Shown here: piece by piece, positions 8,232-17,195 of the stretch
Layout of the letters: each line of letters starts with the position of its first letter
Position numbering within the stretch: position 1 is the first letter of the stretch
NCBI GenBank assembly: GCA_965658675.1
Contig: CBFHTT010000031.1
Coordinates: forward strand, 175,716 to 239,715
Source of the DNA: Limisphaerales bacterium
GTDB taxonomy: Bacteria; Verrucomicrobiota; Verrucomicrobiia; Limisphaerales; CAZKNW01
DNA length: 64,000 nt
Direction of reading: 5' to 3'
The notes under the pieces: generated by a model
Told to the model about the DNA's origin: nothing
What the model saw: the letters and a program-made list of their open reading frames with translations, nothing else
Database searches by the model: none
Program-made: the position numbers and the translations under genes

Positions 8232-10490
8232 ATGAAAGCATCCATTGCTGCAGCCTGTTTCGTGGTTGCCTCTACCCTCCCCCTCGTAGCACAGAGCCCG
8301 GAACGACTAGAGTGGTCCAACGAACTGAAACCTGTAGAAGATCGATCAGCTCTGATGGTACAGGGGATTCATCGATTCGCTGATCGACTCACTCTGAAAG
8401 CCGTTGAAACAAGGCAGACTATTTCGGCAGACTCAGCAAAGGAATTGGCTCAAATGATCGGCGTCATCGATGAACGCGCGACTCCCGCAATCGAGTATGC
8501 TTCGTCTTGGAATCAAACTGCCGAACTTGGAGCAACCAGCGACTGTTCAATCTTCAATGTCCGGTGGCCTGTCTTGAAGGATACCTACGCCGAGGGGTTA
8601 CTGATCCGCCCAAAATCCGAAATCAAGGGATTGATCGTATTGGTCCCTGATTGTGAAACATCTCCAGAGGCACTGATGTTTTCACCAGCATACCAATCAC
8701 AGGCAAGCCGAGTTCTGCAATTCGCCAAGGCGGGTTATGTGATCATTGTTCCCGCACTCCTCAATCGTGATTCACAGTTCTCCGGCAATCCGGATCTGGG
8801 TCGCAAAACCAATCTCCCTCATCGTGAATGGATCTACAGGCAGTCCTATCAAATGGGACGTCATGTCATTGGTTACGAGGTTCAATCGCTTCTTCAGATT
8901 GTCGATTGGGCCAAATCGAATCTCGGTCAGGATCTGCAGATCACCTTTGCGGGACACGGAGAGGGCGCACACATTGCCCTCTACTCAGCTGCACTTGATG
9001 CACGAATCAATCATCTTTGGCTGAGCGGATCATTTGCCCCCAATACAGAACTGTGGAAGCAACCCATTGATCGAAATGTCTTTGGCCTGATCGGGTCCTT
9101 TGGCCCTGCTGAACTCGCTTCCATGTCCAAGGCTGCCATTCTGATTGAAGACTCCCCATTCCCTTCCGCCATCGGTCAACCAACTCCTACGAAAGGGCAA
9201 CGCGCCGCAGCAGCTCCCGGCTCAGTCTCCACTCCTGATGAAGCCTCCGTGAAAAAGGAAATCGGGCGCATCAAATCCAGCACATCTGTGAAACATTTGA
9301 GACAAGGGGACAATTGGGATGGCTTTCCGTCATCGAAGGGAGCGGCTTCCTTGGCGTCCGCTCTGGGGATCAAGCTTCAACCCATTTCATCATTACCATT
9401 TCCTCTCGGAAATGAAGCGATCAAACAAGCAGGCATCGAGCGTCAAGAACGACTCGTCCATGACTGGAGTCATTTCACTCAGCAGTTGATGGAACGCTCA
9501 GCCTCTGTTCGTGATGGCAGGTTCTGGAAGAAGGTAGGCAAACCCAACGCTGCTGAGTGGAGCAACGCTCGCAAGATCTGGCAGAAGGAGTTTCACGATA
9601 AGATCATTGGTAAACTCAATCTCCCAGCAAGTGACCAAATGGTCGGGACAAAGAAGTTCAAAGAGACAGAGAAATGGACCGGTTACGAGGTCGTGCTCAA
9701 GATGAACGAGGAGTTGTTTGCCTGGGGGTATCTTTTGATTCCCAAAAATATACCAACGGGCGACAAACGCCCCGTAGTGGTGTGTCAGCATGGTTTGGAG
9801 GGATTACCGGAATATGTGATCGAGGACGATCAATCCAACCGTGCATGGCGTGCCTACAAGGCTTATGGCGGACAGCTTGCTGATCGGGGGTATGTTGTCT
9901 TCGCACCACACAACCCTTACCGAGGCAAAGACGACTTCCGTTCACTACAGCGCAAACTGAATCCACTGGGGCTATCCCTCTTCTCAGTCATCGTAGAGCA
10001 GCACAGGCGCATCCTTGGCTGGTTGAGTGAACTCCCCTATGTGGATGAAAACCGCATTGCCTTCTATGGACTTTCTTATGGTGGCAAGTCAGCGATGCGC
10101 ATCCCCGCCCTGCTGGATCAATACTGCCTCTCGATCTGTTCTGCCGATTTCAATGAATGGATCCGGAAGAATGTCACCATTCATGAACCTTACAGTTATA
10201 TGTTCACCGGTGAGTATGAGATGTTTGAGTTCAACCTTGGTGAGACATACAGCTACGCGGAAATGGCAGCCTTGATCGCGCCCCGTCCGTTCATGGTCGA
10301 GCGAGGCCATTCAGACGGGGTTGGAATCGACGAATGGGTGGCTTGGGAATTCGCCCGCGTTCGCCGGTTCTACACACGGATGGGGATTCCTGAACGCACA
10401 ACGATCGAATACTTCGACGGCCCACACACGATCAATGGTAAAGGAACGTTCAAGTTCCTGGATCAGCATCTGGACTGGTCACCTCAATAA
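8232..10490 (+). CDS. Secreted tandem alpha/beta-hydrolase-fold protein (dienelactone hydrolase / peptidase S9-like C-terminal domain)
   Basis: Signal peptide MKASIAAACFVVASTLPLVAQS. The C-terminal half has an intact nucleophile elbow, FYGLSYGGKSA. The N-terminal half has a similar fold signature, but its elbow reads AGHGEGAH with no Ser. Confidence 0.6.
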   Translation: MKASIAAACFVVASTLPLVAQSPERLEWSNELKPVEDRSALMVQGIHRFADRLTLKAVETRQTISADSAKELAQMIGVIDERATPAIEYASSWNQTAELGATSDCSIFNVRWPVLKDTYAEGLLIRPKSEIKGLIVLVPDCETSPEALMFSPAYQSQASRVLQFAKAGYVIIVPALLNRDSQFSGNPDLGRKTNLPHREWIYRQSYQMGRHVIGYEVQSLLQIVDWAKSNLGQDLQITFAGHGEGAHIALYSAALDARINHLWLSGSFAPNTELWKQPIDRNVFGLIGSFGPAELASMSKAAILIEDSPFPSAIGQPTPTKGQRAAAAPGSVSTPDEASVKKEIGRIKSSTSVKHLRQGDNWDGFPSSKGAASLASALGIKLQPISSLPFPLGNEAIKQAGIERQERLVHDWSHFTQQLMERSASVRDGRFWKKVGKPNAAEWSNARKIWQKEFHDKIIGKLNLPASDQMVGTKKFKETEKWTGYEVVLKMNEELFAWGYLLIPKNIPTGDKRPVVVCQHGLEGLPEYVIEDDQSNRAWRAYKAYGGQLADRGYVVFAPHNPYRGKDDFRSLQRKLNPLGLSLFSVIVEQHRRILGWLSELPYVDENRIAFYGLSYGGKSAMRIPALLDQYCLSICSADFNEWIRKNVTIHEPYSYMFTGEYEMFEFNLGETYSYAEMAALIAPRPFMVERGHSDGVGIDEWVAWEFARVRRFYTRMGIPERTTIEYFDGPHTINGKGTFKFLDQHLDWSPQ

Positions 10491-10493
10491 AAA

Positions 10494-10521
10494 GAGCCCG
10501 GCACTTTTCAGCACCGGGCTC
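10494..10521. terminator. GC-rich hairpin between convergent genes (possible bidirectional terminator)
   Basis: GAGCCCGG (10494-10501) pairs with CCGGGCTC (10514-10521). It is flanked by A-rich sequence on the left and T-containing sequence on the right, and sits in the 52-nt gap between convergent stops. Confidence 0.45.
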
Positions 10522-10542
10522 CTTGCAAAAGTTTCGACCGAT

Positions 10543-12198
10543 TCAGCTCTTCTTTTTGAGCATCTGACCGAGGAGAACAGCTGCTACAAAGACGCCAAAG
10601 GTGATCAAGGCTCCTGTTCCCTTGGTGCTGAGCACGTAGAGTGATCCAAGTCCTGATGCGGCAATGGCGATCAGCATGCCGATGTTCATGGCAATGCGCT
10701 TGTTGCCCTGAAGCATATTGTCACCGAGAAGAGACTTGTTGTTCATCATCAGGAAGAAGGTCACATAGGCGATCGGCAGGAGCACCATTCCAAACACACT
10801 AGTCGGAACTGCCAGATAGAACTTCGCCGTCGAATTGCTCCATAGGAAAAGGAAACCCAATGCACCGGTGAATCCTGGCATGTAGGAACCGATACGATGC
10901 ATCGTTCCTTTGGGCTCCATACCCAGGGCCTCACAGAGACAGAAGCCGTTGATCAGCATCAGAATAATGATCGTGGAAACAGCCATTCCCAAGACACCAA
11001 TACCAAAGACGGTCTGAGCCACGCCTTCGCCAACGAGGTCCTTCAGGGATAGTGCCAAGGCACCTGCATCACGATTGACCAATGAAGCGGCCAACTGACG
11101 GTCGCCCATCTCGAGGCCCTTACTGGCTTCGAAGATCTGTTCGTTGGTCATTGACGTCACGTCTTCTCCTCCTGCGGCAAGGCGCCCTTTGATCGATTTG
11201 CAGTAATCGTTGTAGGCACCACCACTGAGGGTGGTCGGATCAGTATCACTGACGAGTCGTTCATCATACTTGCCATGGAACTGGGAAGCAGCAGCAATCA
11301 CCACACAAGAGGTGGCAACCAGAAACGGAACAAAAAGTCCGGTGGAAAGATCAAACGTAGCCAATCCACGGAAGTCCTTGCCCCATCCACGCTTCAACAT
11401 GGAGTAAGGCAGCAGGAAGGTCATGTTGATACCCACGGCTGTGGCGGCGGCAGCGATCATTTTCTCTCGCTGCATTTTGACCACGGTATCAGTCCAATAT
11501 GCAGCATCTCCGGAGGCATTGATGAAGCCCTGGAGACCGTCCGCTGGCGTGCTGAGCATGGACGGATTCGGAATGAAGTTCATAAGAATCTCACCCCATG
11601 GAAGAACTCCTTTGGCAGAAAGTGCGATAACTACGCCAAAAAAGGAGACGACCACAACCCCAACCATGAGCTTCAATAGCATATCAAAGATCTTAATCCC
11701 CTTACCCCCTGCATCATAAAACCAGATCACCACACCCGCGATCAGGAACAGGATCACAGCGGAAAGGCCGTCGGATCCTTCAGGGATGATACCCAAATTC
11801 TGCTGAAGCGCAGCGGCCCCAAGGGAGAATTGCGGCATGGCCCAGACCAGATTGGCCATCATGGCTGCAATCAACCAACCCCAACCAAGAACGGGGTTCA
11901 CATGCTTGTTGATGGCACGGAAGGGTTTCTCACCGGAGGAAAGCGTCACGTAGGCAATGGCCGAAAGCATCAGAATGCCCAAGATCATCATCAGTGGCTG
12001 CAGCCACATGAACTGATATCCACCAATAACACCCAGGTAGAGACTTCCTGCCAGAGAACCGCCGCCAAGGGTGATTGCACTCTGCAACCAGCCCGGTCCG
12101 GACAGCTTGGTGTAGGCTTTCAGGACTTCAAAGCCGCCTTCTTTTTTCGCATCCAGGATCAATTGCCTGTCTGCCTGCACTTTTGCGTCGTCGCTCAT
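10543..12198 (-). CDS. Nramp-fold transporter, divergent (canonical metal-binding motifs not conserved)
   Basis: Multi-TM protein with the Nramp TM1-like segment LSGPGWLQSAITLGGGSLAGS and a TM6-like segment GINMTFLLPYSML. Start chosen at MSDDAKVQ (12198); the longer TTG/ATG extension to 12303 has no supporting features. Confidence 0.7.
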   Translation of the reverse strand: MSDDAKVQADRQLILDAKKEGGFEVLKAYTKLSGPGWLQSAITLGGGSLAGSLYLGVIGGYQFMWLQPLMMILGILMLSAIAYVTLSSGEKPFRAINKHVNPVLGWGWLIAAMMANLVWAMPQFSLGAAALQQNLGIIPEGSDGLSAVILFLIAGVVIWFYDAGGKGIKIFDMLLKLMVGVVVVSFFGVVIALSAKGVLPWGEILMNFIPNPSMLSTPADGLQGFINASGDAAYWTDTVVKMQREKMIAAAATAVGINMTFLLPYSMLKRGWGKDFRGLATFDLSTGLFVPFLVATSCVVIAAASQFHGKYDERLVSDTDPTTLSGGAYNDYCKSIKGRLAAGGEDVTSMTNEQIFEASKGLEMGDRQLAASLVNRDAGALALSLKDLVGEGVAQTVFGIGVLGMAVSTIIILMLINGFCLCEALGMEPKGTMHRIGSYMPGFTGALGFLFLWSNSTAKFYLAVPTSVFGMVLLPIAYVTFFLMMNNKSLLGDNMLQGNKRIAMNIGMLIAIAASGLGSLYVLSTKGTGALITFGVFVAAVLLGQMLKKKS

Positions 12199-12423
12199 CG
12201 GTTGATTCAATATTGGTTTCAGCAATGGGCACAGATAAGGAGTATCGTGCCTTTCAAGAGAATGGCGCGCAGTCTGCACCAGCCCACATGGCTGTCCAAC
12301 CAATTTTCAAAATTCGACACTCAGGCCACTAATTCTGCGGAAAACAGTCTATGCCCTCGCATGGCCTTGAACCTCCTCCTACCATTGACAGACCGGGTCT
12401 CAAACCTCTAACCAAGCACAGCG

Positions 12424-13704
12424 ATGTATCACCGAACCTTATTCTTCACCCTGCTAGTCAGCGCTTTCAGTCTCACTGCGGACTTCCCCGGATCAATGCA
12501 GACCATGCGCTATGACGAAGACCCCATCAGCTATGGCAAGAACGGCTATGGCGGTCCCGTGGTGGAACTTCAGGACAAGCTGATCTCTGGCGAGGTCGAA
12601 TTGGAGTATGATCCCAAGTTCGGATACCTGCCGTCGTTTCTGAAGGCACTAAACATCCCTGTTTCTTCCCAGCTCCTTGTATTTTCCAAAACATCGCTTC
12701 ACCGGCAGTTGATCAGTACCAATTCTCCAAGGGCAGTGTATTTCAATGATGACGTCTATGTCGGGTGGACAGTTGGTGGCGCCTTGCTGGAAATCTCTTC
12801 AGCAGATCCAGAGAACGGCGGGGTCTTTCACGTGATTGAACAAAACAAATCCGCACGACCAATGATCCTGCCAAGCAATCGATGTTTCGAATGCCACGTG
12901 GGCTCCAAGTCCATGGGCGTCCCCGGTCACATGGTGCGTTCTTTCTACAATCTGGAAAACGGATGGCCGGAAGATGCCAGTGGCTATCCACGTATCAGCC
13001 ACCGTGCCCCTTTCGAGGATCGTTGGGGAGGCTGGTATATCACTGGAAAGATGGAGAACAATCCGACCCGCGCCAATCTCCCCACCGCGGCATCCGTGCA
13101 TCAGCGCAAAGAGGATCCAGAATTTCTGCAGAATCTGTCCAAGCTGGATCCACTCATCGACACGGATCGCTACATCACAGAATCGAGCGATATGGTTGCC
13201 ATGATGGTCCTGGAGCATCAGACGCACATGCATAATTTCATCACCCGCATGAACTACGAAGCACGCACCTTTCAATCCCAGTATGGGCACCTTCGATATC
13301 TCAATGGCCCAGTGGATTCGTTCGTGTCCTACATTCTTTTCGCAGAAGAGACTGAACTTCCCGGCAAGGTAGAAGGAAATCTCGAATATCAGAAATGGTT
13401 TCAAGACCAAGGTCCCAAGGACAGCAAGGGTCGGTCATTCCGGCAGTTCAATCTGGATACACGCCTCTTCGAGTATCCATGCAGCTTCCTTGTTTACTCT
13501 GAGGCTTTCGAGAAGATGGAACCTTTACTGAAGGAGAAGGTGATGAAACGCATGTGGGATGTCCTCAGTGGAAAAGAAAAGAAGGAACCGTTCTCGAACA
13601 TTCCAAAAAGCCGCCGCCGTGCCATTACTGAAATTCTCATAGAGACACTCCCCAGCGTTCCTGACTATTGGGTATTGGAACCTGAGGAATCAGCAGGAGA
13701 GTAA
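12424..13704 (+). CDS. Secreted conserved hypothetical protein with a single CxxCH heme-binding motif
   Basis: Signal peptide MYHRTLFFTLLVSAFSLTA. CFECH lies in LPSNRCFECHVGSKSMG. I recognise no other domain. Confidence 0.5.
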   Translation: MYHRTLFFTLLVSAFSLTADFPGSMQTMRYDEDPISYGKNGYGGPVVELQDKLISGEVELEYDPKFGYLPSFLKALNIPVSSQLLVFSKTSLHRQLISTNSPRAVYFNDDVYVGWTVGGALLEISSADPENGGVFHVIEQNKSARPMILPSNRCFECHVGSKSMGVPGHMVRSFYNLENGWPEDASGYPRISHRAPFEDRWGGWYITGKMENNPTRANLPTAASVHQRKEDPEFLQNLSKLDPLIDTDRYITESSDMVAMMVLEHQTHMHNFITRMNYEARTFQSQYGHLRYLNGPVDSFVSYILFAEETELPGKVEGNLEYQKWFQDQGPKDSKGRSFRQFNLDTRLFEYPCSFLVYSEAFEKMEPLLKEKVMKRMWDVLSGKEKKEPFSNIPKSRRRAITEILIETLPSVPDYWVLEPEESAGE

Positions 13705-13706
13705 TT

Positions 13707-14456
13707 CTACTCGTCCTCGTCATCTTCGGGGCCTTCAGCTACTGGAGCCTGCCCAGTCCACTTCTCAAGACTGATGAAGAATGTGGTGCTCTTATCTTTT
13801 TCTGACTCAAACCAGATCCGTCCCGAGTGCCTCTTCAGAATCCTTGATACCGTGGCCAGGCCAATCCCTTCCCCTTTATACTCATTCTTGTTGTGGAGCC
13901 TTCGAAACGGCTGAAAGAGATTGGATGCGTACTTGGTATTGAATCCAATTCCATTGTCCGAGATCGCAACGACCGTTTCCTGCGGGTCATCAGTGGGAAC
14001 ACTTCTCACCTGGACACAGGGATGTTCTTCCTTTGCCGAATACTTCATGGCGTTTTGAAGCAGGTTCTGAAAAACGATTTTCAACAACCGCCAGTCACCA
14101 AAAGCCATTCCGCCAACGTTCACTTTTACCTCACCAGATACATCCTGCCATTCGCTCTCGCGGCAATCCGCCTCAACCTTGGCGATCAACTCTGACAGGC
14201 TCACCTTGTCCTTGATCAGTTCATAGCTGGAAATCCGGCACAGTGCATTGAGACCATCCACCATGGAGGAAAGCTCCTTGGCTTCACTCTCAATCTTTGC
14301 GAGATAGTCGCCGACTTCTTCCGGCGGCATGCCGTTCAACACTTCAGCATAGCCTTCGATATGTCGGATCGGGGCACGAAGATCATGAGACAAGGCATGG
14401 GAGAACGAACGCATTTCAGCATTGGCTGTTTCGAGTTTATGCGCACGTGATTGCAA
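13707..14456 (-). CDS. Histidine kinase catalytic core (DHp H-box + HATPase_c), the downstream half of a kinase split by an in-frame TAA
   Basis: H-box FSHALSHDLRAPIRHIEGY. N/G boxes LLQNAMKYS, DNGIGF, GEGIGLATV. It begins at TTG immediately after the TAA at 14457-14459, in the same frame as the upstream ORF. Confidence 0.75.
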   Translation of the reverse strand: MQSRAHKLETANAEMRSFSHALSHDLRAPIRHIEGYAEVLNGMPPEEVGDYLAKIESEAKELSSMVDGLNALCRISSYELIKDKVSLSELIAKVEADCRESEWQDVSGEVKVNVGGMAFGDWRLLKIVFQNLLQNAMKYSAKEEHPCVQVRSVPTDDPQETVVAISDNGIGFNTKYASNLFQPFRRLHNKNEYKGEGIGLATVSRILKRHSGRIWFESEKDKSTTFFISLEKWTGQAPVAEGPEDDEDE

Positions 14457-17165
14457 TTAATCATTGGCGAACTTGAGTTCACCACTTTTGGCAAAAACAC
14501 GAATCGTTTGAATCACTACGACGCTAATCACCAGAAACGCACACGTCAAAAACCACCCCCGCTTCCAAACCGTCTGAACAACTGAGAAAGACGCCACCAC
14601 AGGAGTCTGGTCCAGGTTATTCTCCCAGTCGCGCGCCCTCACTTCCAAGTCATAAGTCCCATGAGGAGGTTGCTCTATCCGCAACAGATTATCGGACTGA
14701 TACGGACTCCAGTCTCCCCCGTTGATACGATAGGAAAACTCCAGATGCTCATTCAGTGATTCATCCATGAAGTCCTTGGCAGAAAGACTTAGAGTAATCA
14801 ATGGAGGTTCGATATACCTGCTCGAATAGCCTCCGACCATCGTATCAGGCGCGGCCAGATCCTTCCGGTAGAGCACGGCCCGATCTTTCCAAGAGAACCA
14901 AACTCCGTTCTTCCCATCGTTCCTGATCGCACCACGCAAAGTGCTAAATTCCCTCTGCAGCTTACCCAGTCCTTTTTGCCATGCAGTTCCGTCAAACCGC
15001 CCCAGACCAGATGGAGTACCAATCCACACACTTCCATCTTCGAAAACCTCCACGCTCTCGATCCTGTTGTTTGGCAAACCGTCATCGATCGTATACTGGG
15101 TCCAAGCTCCTTTGTAGCGATTGAACAACCCACTATATCTCGTCGTTATCCAGAACCCACTTTCTGGTGAAACCGTCATGTCATGAATCCATGCGTTCAA
15201 TCCCTCTGGCACTCCGTCCGTCGACCAACGTCCATCACGATAGATGGAAAGCGGACCGCCAGCCCACACAGCATCTTCATATTCAGCCATCGCATAGGGT
15301 GTGATCGGAGCCTGAGTCCCTGGATGTGAGATCCACTCACCATCCTTCAACTGAACAGCCCCACCAGCCGAGCCTTCCTTGACATCAGTTGCCCCAAACC
15401 AAAGCGAACCATCCGACATTACTAGGACTCCATTTTCATCCACCCTGCTGCCAAATTCAGAAAAGACATGGAGGTCCCATGAGCCAGATGAATCATCGTA
15501 GAAGGAGACCGCGGCCTGATTTCTTTCGCCGCCATGTGCCACAATTTGTTGACCAGCTACCAACACTCCGGTGATCCGATCCGGCAATCCATCTTCCTTG
15601 GCATACCGGGTCCATTGATCCCCTTCTTCGACAATCACTGCCCCCTCGGAATAGAACCAACGTCGTTTGAGGTCATCACTTCCGGAAAAGGCAAGTCCCT
15701 GATAGGTCGTCCACCGCATTGTCGAATGCATGAACCTTGATACACCCGCTTTGGCGCCAACCATCCAGATGGATCCATCTGAGGCCTCTAGCAGATCAAT
15801 AATTCTTACTTTAGGAAGCGGAATTTCCGGAGGAGCCACAGCTCTCAGTCCCCGTCCTTCCGAATAGATCAAACGTCCATCGTGCCCTCCGATCCATGTC
15901 GTCCCATCCGAGGTTCCCAAGAGTGACACTTGAATATTTTCGTGCCCACCTGCTGCATCTGCAACTGAGACAGCGTTCCATTTACCGTCACGGAAACGAC
16001 TGGCTCGTGAGTCTTCTTCATTTGCGATATACCAAATCTCGCCATCCTTCTTTTCCAATAGCTTGGGCCAACGAGATGTCTCCAGTCCATTACTCCGATT
16101 ATACGATACCCATTGCTCATCCGACGGCGAATACACGATCACCTTCCCTGTGACAGCCTCTCCCATCCAGATACTACCATCCTGCGCTTCAAAGACATCC
16201 GTCAGGGCAAACTGAGAAAACCTGCCTGTGAGATCCTGTCGTAGCACATCAAAATCAATCTCTTCTTCGCTCCCGCGATACAGAATTCTCAGCCGAGAGA
16301 TATCGCCTGCGCGTCCAGCCAGAACCTTGCTCGGCTCGTAAGGTGTCAACCCATCTACATTCACCAAGGCATCCCCTGCTCTGATCCCCTTGGCTTCCGC
16401 ATCAGATCCCTTGGCTACTTCCGTGATCAACAATGGATAGGTTTCTGGTGCAGCGGCCACAAAGTCCATCTCGAGAATCTTGATCCCGGTCGAAGCGCCC
16501 CAATCCATCAGTGGAAGTTTCTCTGTGGGGAGTTGTTTAAAACGCCAATCAATTCCATTGGCCTCAAGTGCCTCTATTACAGATTCAGAAGCCCAAAGTT
16601 CCCAATCTTCATCTATCAACTTCACCAATCCCAATGAAGTTGCCAACCAGATCCCACCACTCTTCCCTTGATGAATTCGATAGACATTAAAGTATGGCAC
16701 ATCCTCATTCGGAAGCACCTTGTCCCAGCGATCTTCGGATCCCTTCCAGTGATAAAGACCTCCCTGACAAGCGGCATACAAGCGGCGGCCATTTACTTCT
16801 TCCAAGTCGTTGAGTGAGAGATGTGCGAGCCCTTCGTCGATGCCATAGGTTTTCCAATCAAAACCATCATAGCTCATGATGCCCTTATCGCCGCCGATCC
16901 AGAAAACACCATTTCCATCTTCCTCTACACATTTGACGTCAAAGCTGCGTGTCTGATCAAAGGTCTGCCACCTCCATGGTTCATCGAGGCCAAGACTGAT
17001 CTTGGGGGAATAGCTGCTCGCTGCCTGAAGACTGAGCCCGGTCAGCAATCCGAAGAAAACGACCTGAAGAATCAGGGCCGTTGAATGAGCAATAACACTT
17101 TTAGAACAGTTGAGGCGCACGGACTGACCAAAAGCCAACCACCTAGCGCCCAAGCGTGGCAACAA
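14457..17165 (-). CDS. Periplasmic sensor part of a histidine kinase: beta-propeller repeats + PDZ insert + Y_Y_Y domain + TM helix; ends at a premature in-frame TAA
   Basis: Repeated two-component-regulator propeller motifs (DG.IW.GT..GL). PDZ-like segment LLITEVAKGSDAEAKGIRAGDALVNVDG. Y_Y_Y-like FSYRINGGDWSPY. TM helix WFLTCAFLVISVVVIQTI. The ORF stops 10 codons after the TM helix and contains no kinase domain. Confidence 0.8.
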   Translation of the reverse strand: MLPRLGARWLAFGQSVRLNCSKSVIAHSTALILQVVFFGLLTGLSLQAASSYSPKISLGLDEPWRWQTFDQTRSFDVKCVEEDGNGVFWIGGDKGIMSYDGFDWKTYGIDEGLAHLSLNDLEEVNGRRLYAACQGGLYHWKGSEDRWDKVLPNEDVPYFNVYRIHQGKSGGIWLATSLGLVKLIDEDWELWASESVIEALEANGIDWRFKQLPTEKLPLMDWGASTGIKILEMDFVAAAPETYPLLITEVAKGSDAEAKGIRAGDALVNVDGLTPYEPSKVLAGRAGDISRLRILYRGSEEEIDFDVLRQDLTGRFSQFALTDVFEAQDGSIWMGEAVTGKVIVYSPSDEQWVSYNRSNGLETSRWPKLLEKKDGEIWYIANEEDSRASRFRDGKWNAVSVADAAGGHENIQVSLLGTSDGTTWIGGHDGRLIYSEGRGLRAVAPPEIPLPKVRIIDLLEASDGSIWMVGAKAGVSRFMHSTMRWTTYQGLAFSGSDDLKRRWFYSEGAVIVEEGDQWTRYAKEDGLPDRITGVLVAGQQIVAHGGERNQAAVSFYDDSSGSWDLHVFSEFGSRVDENGVLVMSDGSLWFGATDVKEGSAGGAVQLKDGEWISHPGTQAPITPYAMAEYEDAVWAGGPLSIYRDGRWSTDGVPEGLNAWIHDMTVSPESGFWITTRYSGLFNRYKGAWTQYTIDDGLPNNRIESVEVFEDGSVWIGTPSGLGRFDGTAWQKGLGKLQREFSTLRGAIRNDGKNGVWFSWKDRAVLYRKDLAAPDTMVGGYSSRYIEPPLITLSLSAKDFMDESLNEHLEFSYRINGGDWSPYQSDNLLRIEQPPHGTYDLEVRARDWENNLDQTPVVASFSVVQTVWKRGWFLTCAFLVISVVVIQTIRVFAKSGELKFAND

Positions 17166-17195
17166 CCAAATCTGCGCTTTCAGCGCACTTGATTG

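Noticed and set aside
12199-12423. A possible Mn2+ (yybP-ykoY-type) riboswitch or MntR operator in the leader of the Nramp-like gene.
   Set aside because: I could not recognise the conserved riboswitch helices or any clear palindrome. The transporter also lacks the metal-binding motifs, so metal regulation is not expected a priori. A covariance-model scan would be needed.
14457-14459. The in-frame stops at 14457 (TAA) and 31088 (TAG) as genetic-code reassignment or as selenocysteine/pyrrolysine recoding.
   Set aside because: Neither stop is TGA, which excludes selenocysteine. TAA is not a pyrrolysine codon and no pyl genes are visible. The other genes I checked in the window end at ordinary stop codons with family-typical C-termini, which rules out a global reassignment. 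Nonsense mutation or sequencing error remains the default, as reported in the findings.
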